Below are positions 34,086 to 45,421 of a stretch of 64,000 nt of DNA, in pieces. The DNA is from an uncultured Nitrososphaerales archaeon. GTDB taxonomy: Archaea > Thermoproteota > Nitrososphaeria > Nitrososphaerales > Nitrososphaeraceae. Both the position numbers and the translations under genes were made by a program. Each line of letters starts with the position of its first letter. Position 1 is the stretch's first letter. The notes under the pieces were generated by a model that was not told where the DNA came from, searched no databases, and saw only the letters and a list, made by a program, of their open reading frames with translations. The DNA is taken from positions 202,801-266,800 of the forward strand of contig CAWJCY010000003.1 in NCBI GenBank assembly GCA_963841565.1, written 5' to 3'.

Positions 34086-34612
34086 AGTCACCAAATCGCC
34101 CGTTTGATTGAGTGGTTAAGGCTTCATTTCAATTTTAAAGAACAACAGAACACAAGAATCATACAATTGTTAAAGTAAATATCTCGATTAGTGTTGTTAT
34201 TGATCATTCTTCGTTGTTTTGTAGCAACAATAGCTTCTCTGATGCTCGGTACAATGTTTTACTGTATGTCTATCTTCTCTCTCTTCTTGACTCTTATAAG
34301 TCGAAGCTACTTATGAGGGAAAAAGAGAATGTACCCTAACGTATCTCCTGTGTAAAACAAAAGCATTACTAGTAATATATTTGAAATCCTCTCCATCGAT
34401 TTCCTCTACTCCCTAACCCAATTTAGGAGCTAAACCTCACTATTTAAAGATGGAAATTCATGAACACTATTCAATATAACAAGTGTTAAATCGGTTATCG
34501 TTTTTAACTAAACTATGTGACACACGTAAAGCGAACAGTTATTTGTGCATTCATGTGTAACGCAATTTAAAAGAATCCTTTATATCCTTCTTCCACTTAT
34601 GAAAAGTTCCTA

Positions 34613-35563
34613 ATGTTTTCGGTCACGAAAAATGTAAACAAAAACGATAGCACCAAACGAAACAAATTATTGGTAACCATTAAGGGAGTTAAATATGGAG
34701 CTTTTGCTGGCTTTGTAGCAACCTGGTCTATTTCTTCAGTGATCGTCTTAACTGAATTGTTACTGGGGCTAAATATAGGCGCATTCTACTCGATCATGGG
34801 AATTAGCTTGGGTTTAAATGATATAACGACTGCGACATCGATAGCTTTTGGTCTTCACCTCACAGTGGGCACTATAATAGGAGCAGTATTCGGTGCAATA
34901 GGGATTAGATGGAAAAAAATACGTATGCTCAATCCGTACAAATCCTCGTTAGTTGGAATGGGAGCAGGTATTATACTATGGCTAGTTTTGTTTCTCCCAA
35001 TAACTTTATTCCTGATACAACCGGCTATTAATTCTATTACTACCATATTGGCTATTGGATCGCAGCAGGCTGTATTTTCCGAAGACGTAAATCTCTCTAT
35101 TAGAAACATCACGTTAATTGCGATTTCATTTCATCTAATTTGGGGTGCTATTTTTGGAATCATAGTCAGCTCATTGCTAAGAATTAGACTTTTCAAAATA
35201 AAGCAGCATTATAACGATATTATTAATATCGATCCAAATATTAGGTTAGTTACCATTTGTGATTCTGAAGGTAATACAATGTATTCTCGTCATGGTGAAG
35301 GTGTAAAAAATTTACTTACTGCAGAGGAGAGCAAAAAATCGATTGCGATGGCCATGACAGGATGGAAAGTGAGAAGCGAGCTTTCCCACAAAATTGGAAG
35401 GGGAAAATATGTTATCGCAGAGTATGAAAGAATCAAGCGAATCACCATGCCATTTGGAGAGGATTATCTTCTATATCTTACGACCGAACCACAGGCCAAT
35501 CATTTAAACATAATAAATAGAATTCGCAAGCTGGAGGCAGGACTAAAGTATTCTTTTGGCTGA
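34613..35563 (+). CDS. 4-TM membrane domain fused to a roadblock-like (DUF6659-like) domain
   Basis: TM helices containing GLHLTVG and SFHLIWG; C-terminus IDPNIRLVTICDSEG..LLTAEES..KIGRGKYVIAEYERIKRITMP. Confidence 0.85.
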   Translation: MFSVTKNVNKNDSTKRNKLLVTIKGVKYGAFAGFVATWSISSVIVLTELLLGLNIGAFYSIMGISLGLNDITTATSIAFGLHLTVGTIIGAVFGAIGIRWKKIRMLNPYKSSLVGMGAGIILWLVLFLPITLFLIQPAINSITTILAIGSQQAVFSEDVNLSIRNITLIAISFHLIWGAIFGIIVSSLLRIRLFKIKQHYNDIINIDPNIRLVTICDSEGNTMYSRHGEGVKNLLTAEESKKSIAMAMTGWKVRSELSHKIGRGKYVIAEYERIKRITMPFGEDYLLYLTTEPQANHLNIINRIRKLEAGLKYSFG

Positions 35564-36217
35564 CCAGCGAGCAATGATTATTCAGGAGCCGCAATAATAA
35601 TGTGCCCTGTATGTGAACCAATAACAACGAAAGGGTGAAAAAAATATACGCATTAGGATGGAAATATTTAACATCAGAAGAATTTCATACTGTTGAAACT
35701 TATTCGTTATGATAGGATGATGTCACTACCTCTCAGTACGAGAATCATCTGGAAATGTAAGGTCATGAAAATAACTGAATAGAGATCTCCATTGTTGAGA
35801 AGGATATTGGTTCAACCTGCAACAAACTGCAGTAAGATATGATGAAAATTCTAGAACCTTTTACAACGGACTAAAAACTAAAATGTTCAGGCCATAGAGA
35901 TTATTGCAACAGCGACCGAAATATTACCTGTTCCATGGTGCATTTTCACTAGACGAGAGTAGTACATGTATTCCAATGATAATTCAAAAGATTTTGGCAA
36001 ATATTATCGTTGTACCCACAATACGGAATATGCTTTACCACTTTTATGTTATTGACTTGATCTTTTTTTTGCATTCATGCGTATTGCGGCCGATTCTACA
36101 TATCAAGTTTTTGAGTTTCGTACACTTGCCGAGAATTGTGAGAGCTCAACTTAACACGATCTACTTGTCAATAGAAACCTATATACACAAGCTTCCCTTC
36201 CTATAACGAATTGTTAC

Positions 36218-37483
36218 TTGAAACTTGAAGAAAATGCCATTACCCTTCACCGAATTTTAAAAGGAAAAATTGAGATTCATAGTAAAATTACGTCAGGTTT
36301 AGATGAAGCTTTTCAAGGAAATGGTGTAAGCGGTGCAGAGGGAAACAAAGGAGATAATAGTTCTAAGACACTGGAACTCATTTATACACCCGGTGTCGCA
36401 TACGTTGCAGAAAAAATTCGAGATAACAAACAATTAGTCTATGATTATACTTCTAAGTGGAATAACGTTGCAATTGTATGTGATGGTACTAGAGTGCTTG
36501 GGTTAGGGAACATCGGACCAGAAGGAGCTCTTCCTATAATAGAGGGAAAATCTGTTTTATTCAAGTTGCTGGGGGGGATAAATGCCTTTCCTCTATGCAT
36601 AAATTCTACAGATAAAGAAGAAATAATTACATTTATTAAAACTGCAGAACCAACATTTGGAGCAATCAATGTTGAAGATATCGAATCTCCAAAAGTGCTT
36701 GAAATAGTAGAAAGATTACAAGAAGCGTTATCTATTCCAGTTTTTCACGATGACCAGCACGGCACTTCTATCATTACATTAGCAGCATTATTTAATGCAC
36801 TTAAACTTGTCAATAAAGAAAATGAAATAAATACTCTAAAGATAGTAATAGCTGGTGCAGGATCTGCAGGATATGGCATATTCAAGATATTAACGGAGGT
36901 TGGATGTTCCAATATTATAGTAACTGACAGTAAAGGACCAATTTATCCTCAGAGGTTTGACTTTACTACTTTAAGTAAATACAAGTTAGAAATGGCTAAC
37001 AGGACGAAGGAAAAACACCTAAAAGGAGAAAGCGTAGCTGACGTCATTCAAGGAGCAGATGTATTTATCGGAGTATCAGGGAAAGCGAATCTGATTGACG
37101 AGAGAATGATAAAATCCATGAATAGAAATCCAATAGTATTTGCACTAAGCAACCCTCACCCTGAAATTCTGCCTCCTGCAGCATTGCGAGCGGGTGCAGA
37201 GATTATTGCTACCGGTCGGTCAGATTTTGCCAATCAAATAAATAATGCAGCAGTATTTCCATCAGTGCTACGTGCGTTATTAGACTTACGAGTATGCACT
37301 CTTACTGAAGATTTAATGATAGCTGTAGCAAGGTCCATTTCCGAGTTAGTAGACAGAGAGCATCTAAGCAGGGAGTATATTCTACCGGCCATAGATGATC
37401 CTAGAATTCTTCCAGTCGTCTCTAATACCATTAAAGGTTCTATGGAAAAGCTCATTCACGCAGCTGCAGCAAAGCAGAATTAA
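36218..37483 (+). CDS. NAD(P)-dependent malic enzyme
   Basis: YTPGVA, DGTRVLGLGNIGP, INVEDI, FHDDQHGT, GAGSAG, FALSNPHPEI, ATGRSDFANQINN. Confidence 0.96.
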   Translation: MKLEENAITLHRILKGKIEIHSKITSGLDEAFQGNGVSGAEGNKGDNSSKTLELIYTPGVAYVAEKIRDNKQLVYDYTSKWNNVAIVCDGTRVLGLGNIGPEGALPIIEGKSVLFKLLGGINAFPLCINSTDKEEIITFIKTAEPTFGAINVEDIESPKVLEIVERLQEALSIPVFHDDQHGTSIITLAALFNALKLVNKENEINTLKIVIAGAGSAGYGIFKILTEVGCSNIIVTDSKGPIYPQRFDFTTLSKYKLEMANRTKEKHLKGESVADVIQGADVFIGVSGKANLIDERMIKSMNRNPIVFALSNPHPEILPPAALRAGAEIIATGRSDFANQINNAAVFPSVLRALLDLRVCTLTEDLMIAVARSISELVDREHLSREYILPAIDDPRILPVVSNTIKGSMEKLIHAAAAKQN

Positions 37484-37553
37484 TCTAGTTAAAACTTGTA
37501 ATTTCCTAGTCATTCGCGATAATGTTTAGTGGAGGACTTGCAGAAGAAATGTA

Positions 37554-37997
37554 CTATAGGAATCGAAAATCTTCCTTTATTGTGATAAGGACCATATGAC
37601 TATTTGTTCTTTCAATAGAAGGAAGGGCTAACTCCTTTTTAACAAATTGGCTGAGATCTCTGCGATTTCGGAACTTGGCTACAATTATCATATCTGTAAG
37701 TCCTGTGATATCGTATACTGCGCATACGTTTGGAAATTTAGAAATTGCCTTTTCGACTTCTACTATCTTTCCTTTATGTGCTGTAACTTCTATTATTGCT
37801 GTCAAATCGTAGCCTAATTTCTCATGATCAACTATAGCAGAATAGGATTTTATTATTTGATGGGATTGCAGCCTATTTATTCGAGAAAGCACAGTAGGAG
37901 CAGAAACCCCTATCTGATCCGCTATGCTTCGAAACGAAAGTCTAGCATCAAGAAGAATTTTCCTTAATATTTTTGTGTCTATCTCGTCAATATTCAA
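37554..37997 (-). CDS. Lrp/AsnC-family transcriptional regulator
   Basis: IDEIDTKIL..DARLSFRSIADQIGVSAPTVLSRINRL; C-terminal RAM domain VYDITG..D. Confidence 0.95.
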   Translation of the reverse strand: MNIDEIDTKILRKILLDARLSFRSIADQIGVSAPTVLSRINRLQSHQIIKSYSAIVDHEKLGYDLTAIIEVTAHKGKIVEVEKAISKFPNVCAVYDITGLTDMIIVAKFRNRRDLSQFVKKELALPSIERTNSHMVLITIKEDFRFL

Positions 37998-38143
37998 CGG
38001 AGATTCTATTACTACTTCTTAAAATGGGGGTCTGTGATAAACCTTGTTGTATTCTTAATGTAGATAATTTTCTATTCTCTGCAATTCAGAGCACCCAAGT
38101 TTGACAAGTTTCCTGCTTCGATATATGATTCAGATATATGATA

Positions 38144-38359
38144 TCAAGAAATATACTTTCTTTTACTTAAGAGCCTCCTTCTTAGCTTTGCATCATGAGT
38201 TTTTATTCTTAAAACGGTACCACAGCAAGGACATCTTGACCCATTATTCCATTTTATAAAAACCTCACATTCGGTACAGCGCCTTACACCATTCTCATAA
38301 AATGAAGCATGAAATGACTTCTTTGCTTTATAGCTTATGCAAATATTCCTACAAGACAT
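38144..38359 (-). CDS. Small basic Cys-rich Zn-finger protein
   Basis: CRNIC..RCTECEVFIKW..CPCCGTVLR. Confidence 0.8.
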   Translation of the reverse strand: MSCRNICISYKAKKSFHASFYENGVRRCTECEVFIKWNNGSRCPCCGTVLRIKTHDAKLRRRLLSKRKYIS

Positions 38360-38606
38360 ATTATTTCAATTTAAATCAATAGGTCAACAACGTAGGTTGA
38401 TTTCATAGATATATCAAAAAGTAAACTTATCCTGCTGCTATATAGCGAAAGTGATCTCGCAAAATGATTCTAACAGTTTCTATGGTTGATACAGATTCGG
38501 AATTTGCATTTGTTACTATGCTTGTCAACAATTTGATATTTCCTTATGAAGATTACATGCTATGAAAATGTTCATCTCTCATTTTCATTTACCTGTTTTA
38601 TTTGTA

Positions 38607-38780
38607 TTAAACACTCCTGTTCCTTGAGACGAGCACAGTTTTAACTTGTTTGAATACACATGGTGGTATTGAATTGTCTTTAATTTTGCAGGCTGTGAAG
38701 TGCCATCCTACCTCAAGGGCCAAGTAACTAATAGCAAAGCCAAGTACTAAATATACTAGCAGATTCAGATTTTCTAACAT
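38607..38780 (-). CDS. 57-aa single-TM protein
   Basis: Hand translation: MLENLNLLVYLVLGFAISYLALEVGWHFTACKIKDNSIPPCVFKQVKTVLVSRNRSV*; TTTATATA about 27-34 nt upstream. Confidence 0.6.
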   Translation of the reverse strand: MLENLNLLVYLVLGFAISYLALEVGWHFTACKIKDNSIPPCVFKQVKTVLVSRNRSV

Positions 38781-39276
38781 TTAATGTTATACAACGAATT
38801 TGTCTTATATAAAGTTCTTTATCCCAGGGTTTAACGTTTAAGATGTAATACATTAGTAAGCTTAATGAGTGTTAAGATCTTTGTTAAAGTTATGAAAGGC
38901 TCCTTTTCGACTGTAAAGAGGAATTTTTCATGCCAAGAATAATGTATGATGTTTATTGCTTTCTAAAAGAATAGATCAAATCAATGTCTGAACCCAAATC
39001 GGAACTTCTGAGATGATATTCAAATAGCGTTGGTCCACTTTAGCTATCTTAGATTTGCAAAATGATAATCTATTGATAGAAAATGAAAAACGCGACCGTT
39101 CAAGTCGTATAGAAGAGAAGTAACATTCACAGTAAGTACTAAGTCGATGTGGGCTAATGGTATACCCGTAAAAAATTTACTGACTACGTCAATTTGTTCA
39201 TAAATGATATGAAATACAGGGTAAGAATTTTTATTCTAAATCAAAATTATTCATTGAAAATGGAGAATATTCCATA

Positions 39277-39636
39277 TTACCTCACGGTATCATGTTCTTT
39301 CTCTTGTTCCATTTTAAGACCTTTTTTAGGCCTCAGTTGGTTATATCTCATTCTAAAAAACTCCACTACAGAGGGTACATCATTTTCTCCATTAGTGATC
39401 CAATAACTAATCCAGCCCGATTGTGGCAATATATGATGAGGAGACACACGACCAGAATTCACAAGTTCGTTTCTGGTCTTCATCGGAAAGGGTAAGTCTG
39501 CCAGGCAATCTCCATGGATATGTCCCATTTCTCTTCTATGTAGACGAAATTCTATACCCCCAAACCTATGCGGTTCAACTGTAACGCCTGGCCAGCTTTG
39601 TATTTCATCTCGAATTCGTTCGAAAATTCTGCTCAT
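39277..39636 (-). CDS. DUF5519 (luciferase-like family) protein
   Basis: WPGV..HRFGGIEF..EMGHIHG..DLPFP..PHHILPQSGWISYWI. Confidence 0.85.
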   Translation of the reverse strand: MSRIFERIRDEIQSWPGVTVEPHRFGGIEFRLHRREMGHIHGDCLADLPFPMKTRNELVNSGRVSPHHILPQSGWISYWITNGENDVPSVVEFFRMRYNQLRPKKGLKMEQEKEHDTVR

Positions 39637-39997
39637 GAATCTAAATAAGATATCCAGGATTATAAACTGGTGGGTTTACAAATTATATTAACTAACAGCT
39701 ATCATGATTAAGGTATAATAAATACAGAAATAGGACTTACTAAATGTAACATATAGATAAGATAAGCGGAGCAAGTTGAAGATGTATCGGTGATCCAACC
39801 TCGAATCTTGCAGAGACTTTGATCATCAAGCAAGTTTAAATTTCCCGAACTGTACGGCATTAAATTAGTACTACTTTTTTACTTTCACTTAGAGTATAAC
39901 ATGTCTCACGATCAGCCTTTATCGGGTAGGTGGCAGAACTGTTTCTAATGATTATTGGCGCATGGACTAGTTGTCGATACATTGTACTTGTGCAATC

Positions 39998-40759
39998 TTA
40001 AATTCTCAAGAATTCGTATACCTGATACTTATGTTCAGCATCGGAACGAGATGGATATTTCCATTTTGTTAAGTCTAGCTTTACCTTGGCAAATTTGTTC
40101 TTTTCCAAAAAACTACTAGAGTCCACTGATGATAATAAAATATTGTATATCTGTTCTCCCACCAAAACTTGGTTTGGTTTTGCAATAGAAGTTATCTTTG
40201 AAGCCATGCTTATACTTGAACCAACAATATCCACATGTGATCTTACCAAGCTCCTTCCATAAACCACCACCAATGTCTTTCCATAAGCTAATCCGATTTT
40301 AACGGTGATCTCTGGCAAGCTAGATGATTTGAATGCTGGATTGATAACTTGAGTTACAATTTCAAGTATCGCTATGGAGCAGTTTAATGCGTTTCTGCAT
40401 GCTAGCGCTTCATCGTACATTGCAGGAAATAAAATAATAACAGCGTCACCTTCATATTTGAATACATAGCCGTCATATCCAAATACGATATTACTTATCT
40501 CTTGAGCAAAAACTTGTACCATTAAAGCGAATCTGCTGTCTTCCAAAGTTAAGCTCAATTGCGTTGAATTGTTGATATCAACAAACATTATGACAAGATT
40601 AGTTTTGGTATTGACCTGTCGTCTCAGTAACTTTGCACAATCTTGAGTTGACATATCAAGCTGGAGGCCATCCATAAGGGTTTTGTTCACTCTAGCACGA
40701 ATTTCAGATAAATCTACACTGGTAATATTAATTGAATTTTGAACCATATAACAATTCAA
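39998..40759 (-). CDS. Class III adenylate/guanylate cyclase domain protein
   Basis: MFVDINNST, FKYEGDAV, VKIGLAYG, DIVGSSISMASKI. Confidence 0.9.
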   Translation of the reverse strand: MNCYMVQNSINITSVDLSEIRARVNKTLMDGLQLDMSTQDCAKLLRRQVNTKTNLVIMFVDINNSTQLSLTLEDSRFALMVQVFAQEISNIVFGYDGYVFKYEGDAVIILFPAMYDEALACRNALNCSIAILEIVTQVINPAFKSSSLPEITVKIGLAYGKTLVVVYGRSLVRSHVDIVGSSISMASKITSIAKPNQVLVGEQIYNILLSSVDSSSFLEKNKFAKVKLDLTKWKYPSRSDAEHKYQVYEFLRI

Positions 40760-41138
40760 TGTAACAAGTAATTAATAGGCTTTGGTAGACCAGCGGGATT
40801 TGCAAAGTTGAGACCAAATATTTTCTAAGTCTGATTATCATCCTAATCCAAATTCTACACCCTTCTCTTTCATTTTTCGTTGCTTAATGACTAGTAAGCA
40901 ACTGGCACGTGAGAATGTATTAGTATCAAATAATCCGCACCTAAGAATTCAATTTTTTTTCTCCTCTAATTCCTAGAATATGATATTCCATCTTTTGCTC
41001 AAAACGAGATCACTTTCTGAGGGGCTAGAGGGATATTTCTGCTAATCCTCAATTTGGACTTCAAGATGAATAGACAATATTCACGTCTAAACCCTGCAAC
41101 AGAGACGAAAAGAAAAATATTTAGAAACTACTTATCAT

Positions 41139-41788
41139 TTATCCCACTACATTGACAGTGCCTACCATCCATGGATGTAAAATGCACAAGTAATTGTATG
41201 TGCCTGGTTTTTCAAAAGTTGCCATAAATGTATTACCAGTGCCAGGATAATGCTTTTCTAACCCATCGGGGAGGATCCACCCAGAGTTGACATACCTCTC
41301 ATCTCCTGCAATTGAGTAATTAGCACTTGGATTCATAAACTGCACCCTAGCCTGTGAATCGATAGTAACGGGGTTATATGTTCTCGCATTAATTGCTAGT
41401 AAAGTATTGATTCCGCCTTCGCCTGGAATCAAGATTGCCTCATTGTTTGAGCCGGGAGGAATAGCATTGAACTTTGTTGTATTCGAGACACCGAGTGGGG
41501 AAGCCACGCCAGCCACAGGTACCTGTTATCCAATGTGAATGTAACCGTGTGAGGCTCTGCCGCACCTATAGTTGGATTATACCATTCGACACTATCTCCA
41601 ACATTAATCGTCAAGTCTTGAGGAAGAAACACTGTCCACGGCGCAGTTATGTTACCTCCTCCGGCTGCTACTTTGAAAATTTTGTTTTCTGCAGACGTTG
41701 CCTTCGAAATGGTGTTGATGTTATACGTTGCAATAGCGATCAAAAATGCAATAATAGCCAAACCAATTAGAATTTGCTTAGGGATCAT
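41139..41788 (-). CDS. Secreted cupredoxin-domain protein, frameshifted near 41520
   Basis: Start MIPKQ with a signal peptide; FLPQDLTINVGDSVEW..EPHTVTF, then YNYLCILHPWMVG in the next frame. Confidence 0.85.
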
Positions 41789-41987
41789 TTGATTTTTTAA
41801 TGAGGTTAGTAAAATATAAACGTCCCGTATCACCGTTGATGGGCTAACGAATATTGAAGAGTCTTTATGGGAAGACAACTGGCCGTATGATGCCGTATGT
41901 CGACACAAATAATTCCAAGTTCCTCATCAACAGTATACAGCCATCACTTAATAGCACCAAAGTCGCAAATAGCGAATCAACATGGCC

Positions 41988-43232
41988 TTAGCTATTGTCA
42001 TTAGGATATGATGAAGGAGACGGTCTTACTCCCATCACAGCTTTCAATCCAAGCTCGGTTCCGTTTCTAAGCACCTTCAGCACAACCGTGTCTCCTGGTG
42101 CCGTATTTCGTTCAAGATATGAGACCAACTGTTCAAATTCAGTTATCTTCTCTCCGTTTATCCCGACGATGATATCTCCTCCATGCTTCCTACCATACTG
42201 ATCTGTTGTAGTTCCGTGCAAACCTGCACTATCGGCAGGCCCTCCTTTTGCTAAAGTATTTACAACTACTCCCTTAACGTCGTCTGTAACATTTCCTATG
42301 TTTTCTGCTAAATCTGACGTAAGTGTAGTTCCAGTGAAACCCAAATATGGATGAGAGTAATTGCCTTTTTCAATTAATCTTGGCACTATATCTTGTATTA
42401 GATTCATCGGTATCGCAAAACCCAGCCCTTGCGAAAGTGCCGCAAAGTTGACCCCTACCACCTGCCCTTGCATGTTCAACAATGGGCCACCAGAGTTACC
42501 CGGATTTATAGCAGCATCAGTTTGGATCACGTCAGGAACAGAATAGGGGACTTCAGGTGCAGGCACTAGCCTACCGACCTGACTTACAATGCCAGTTGTC
42601 ATTGTGCCAGCCAGGCCGTAAGGATTACCTATGGCGATTACCTGGTCACCCACGATAAGCGCCGATGAATTTCCTAGTGGAAGAGGGCTTAACGGCCCCT
42701 GAACAAGCGTATTGTTTTGATTTTCGATAATTTTTAGAACGGCTATGTCGATATACGGATCTACGGCCGTTACGTTTGCTCTCAATCTGTCGCCATTTGT
42801 GAATGTAACATCAACTACTTTGGAATCGCCAACCACATGATTGTTGGTGATAATGTGTCCTTGATTATCAAAAAGAAAACCTGATCCTAATGCACTTCTG
42901 TTTTCCTGTGATGGATCCATGATTACACCTGTTTGTGGAACTATCCTAGTTATTTGTACTACAGAGTCCTGGGTCTGTTTGAAAATTTTATTTAGGATAT
43001 TTCCAGAGGTTCCTGTTAGAGATGGAACTGACGAGGAAGAATTATTCCCAGTATTCTGGTTGGCCACATCGTTCTGATCCTTCTGTGTCAATTGTGATTG
43101 CATTTGCATGTCTAATGCACCCTCCCAATATTCGCTAGAATAAGCGACTGGAGTTTGTATGAAAATCCAATAAAGTGATACTGCAAGAGAAAGTAGGACA
43201 ACTCCAATTATCATTGAATTTGAATTCACCAT
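41988..43232 (-). CDS. HtrA-like trypsin protease with one PDZ domain and a canonical triad
   Basis: TNNHVV, DPYIDIAVLK, QTDAAINPGNSGGPL, PDZ GGDIIVGING. Confidence 0.95.
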   Translation of the reverse strand: MVNSNSMIIGVVLLSLAVSLYWIFIQTPVAYSSEYWEGALDMQMQSQLTQKDQNDVANQNTGNNSSSSVPSLTGTSGNILNKIFKQTQDSVVQITRIVPQTGVIMDPSQENRSALGSGFLFDNQGHIITNNHVVGDSKVVDVTFTNGDRLRANVTAVDPYIDIAVLKIIENQNNTLVQGPLSPLPLGNSSALIVGDQVIAIGNPYGLAGTMTTGIVSQVGRLVPAPEVPYSVPDVIQTDAAINPGNSGGPLLNMQGQVVGVNFAALSQGLGFAIPMNLIQDIVPRLIEKGNYSHPYLGFTGTTLTSDLAENIGNVTDDVKGVVVNTLAKGGPADSAGLHGTTTDQYGRKHGGDIIVGINGEKITEFEQLVSYLERNTAPGDTVVLKVLRNGTELGLKAVMGVRPSPSSYPNDNS

Positions 43233-43577
43233 CTGGTTCCTATCATTCTGCTAAATCATATTTATTATCGTTACTAATCGAATGTGATTAGAATGCAATT
43301 GAGTGTTAGTAATCTTTACGTTGAACGAATCGCTGAACCTCTTGCTACAAGAATAGCGACTTAGGCAATACAGTTGATTTTGTCATTGTGTGATTTACGA
43401 GTATTTAAACTACATGACAGAGGGACCGTTCCTAATTTCAATTCTTTGAGTTTCCTGTTCGTTCATGACAATTCACAGTGTCTAGCTGTCTTAACCTGCT
43501 CCGATGTCTGGATTCCCATACCTTTAATCATCGGATATACACATATACTGAGGTTTTGTTGTTTCGCTGGTATCGTC

Positions 43578-44275
43578 ATGAAGGCCATCATTTTCGATAT
43601 GGATGGTGTTTTGGTAGACACTATGTCTTCACATTTTCAAGCCATGAAGACTGCAGTTGCTGAGGTTACTGAGATTGATTTGGACAAGAGAACATTTCAC
43701 CTGTTTGAGGGAATGCCCATAAGAGAGATGGCTAAGAAGATACTTGATAGTGTGGGTTACAAGAGCCACAATGGAGAGACAACTACGGATATTTTGCTGA
43801 GAGAATAGGAGTGAGAAAAAAGCAGATCTTTATGGAAATGAAGCAAATTCCGAAGCCATTTGCTGGTGTTAAAGAATTGGTACTTGAAAGCCTGAGCGGC
43901 TGCTCGAAGGCCGTAGTAACTGAATCATCTAAGCAAGAACTAGATACTATTGTAAGGAACAATTTTGGGATAGACGCGTTTGCTGTTACTCTAAATGGGG
44001 ACAAATTTGAAGGAAAAGGTAAGCCTGATCCTGCATCATACTTGGAAGCCTTAAGGAGACTTGGGGTACCAGCCACAAACGCTTTAATAGTAGAAAATGC
44101 CCAGCTGGGAGTGCAAGCAGCTAAAGGGGCAGGAGTAAAATGCATAGTTGTACTAAATTCCTCACCTCTAACTGCCTACGATTTCAGAGAATTTATTGAT
44201 GACGAGAAAGATATACTCAAAGATATGAATGAAGCGAATGGCTTGCTCAAAAGTTGGTGTACTGCAGTATCATGA
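43578..44275 (+). CDS. HAD-superfamily phosphatase (beta-PGM-like), frameshifted near 43796
   Basis: MKAIIFDMDGVLVD (motif I), KPDP, IVENAQLGVQAA. Confidence 0.85.
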
Positions 44276-44519
44276 GCCAGACTATGATGCCACACAAAGT
44301 TATATTAGTAGCTGATGATAATGCATTGAACACGGGGTAAGTGGGATAATATCACTCCAGCACGAAATTAATTACGCAGCACTAGGAATTCACTATTTGA
44401 TTGATAAGAACCTTTCATCAGTATTAAATCATCTTAATAGAAATAGAGATTTATCTGATCACACTAAGAGATTAAATCTAGATAAGCAATAACCTGTCTT
44501 TAGAATCAAGACCGAAATA

Positions 44520-44813
44520 ATGGTAGTTAAAAACTGGATTGTCTTGGGAATAGCTGTGGCTGTTATACTCGCTTATACTGTAGGAATACCGCCTTCATTT
44601 AGTGCCGAGTATACAAAGAGAACACAAAATTCTGTATCCGAAAATAATTGTAGAAACACAGAGGATGGCTACAATGGACAGCCACCTTCAGAATACGAAT
44701 CTCTTGTAGACAATACGGAAAACACAGAGAATAGTCGTACTTACTGTTCAAACACTAATTCGGATGTTCAAGGAGAAGGGAATGCAGAATCGCTGACGTC
44801 AGTTCAACGCTAG
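44520..44813 (+). CDS. Small secreted Asn/Gln-rich protein with a Cys pair
   Basis: Signal peptide; SENNC..YCSNTNSDVQGEGNAESLTSVQR; similar to 12985..13218. Confidence 0.72.
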   Translation: MVVKNWIVLGIAVAVILAYTVGIPPSFSAEYTKRTQNSVSENNCRNTEDGYNGQPPSEYESLVDNTENTENSRTYCSNTNSDVQGEGNAESLTSVQR

Positions 44814-44900
44814 TTCAATATTTCGAATCCAACCTTTCTCCTATAGAACCAGTTCAATCAAACAGAACCATTTGAATTTGCTAACTTTGCTTGGCTCGGG

Positions 44901-45260
44901 GTGTTTACTGAATCACCGAAAGACGAGGGAGCAGCAGGAGAGCCACCAGCACACGATGGAACTGCGGAGCGAAAAATGTCGCCTTATGTGTGCGGGAAAT
45001 TCGCTGGTGGGACGATTGGGAAGGTTGAGTGTTGCGCTATTGAAATTGCTACAAACAAAACATGGTGCACCACTTGCGACGCCACCAACCCGCCGAGTAA
45101 CTGTGGGCCGGCCTATTAACATGTAGTCAAAAGAATAGGAAATGGAACCGTTCCATTCGGTAGGACATTCGAAGAAACAACCGACTTTCCCAGAACAACA
45201 AGCACCTTTTAATGGTACCGTTCCATTCGGTGAGACATTCGAAGAACGGCTTTTCGTGCC
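44901..45260 (+). pseudogene. Disrupted Cys-rich protein with a tandem peptide repeat
   Basis: CGK..ECCAIE..WCTTCDATNPPSNC, an in-frame TAA, then NGTVPFGxTFEE twice with a frame change; no signal peptide found. Confidence 0.5.
45141..45246 (+). repeat. Two 36-nt direct repeats (45141-45176, 45211-45246) separated by 34 nt
   Basis: AATGG(A/T)ACCGTTCCATTCGGT(AG/GA)GACATTCGAAGAA, 33 of 36 identical; encodes NGTVPFG(R/E)TFEE. Confidence 0.85.
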
Positions 45261-45421
45261 AATGACATTTTTTGATGGTATAACTAGGATGATCCGACAT
45301 TCTGCAAGACCCGTTGGAGCTATCTGCTATGCAGGAGGTTTTGTAAAACTAAAAGATGTATATTGTACAACTAATTAGAGTCCCTATTTTTCATATACAA
45401 TAATATACATAGTTATACTCT

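Noticed and set aside
45141-45246. CRISPR-like geometry: 36-nt partly palindromic repeat with a 34-nt spacer
   Set aside because: Only two copies, no cas genes or leader seen, and the unit translates as a peptide repeat (NGTVPFGxTFEE) inside a disrupted gene
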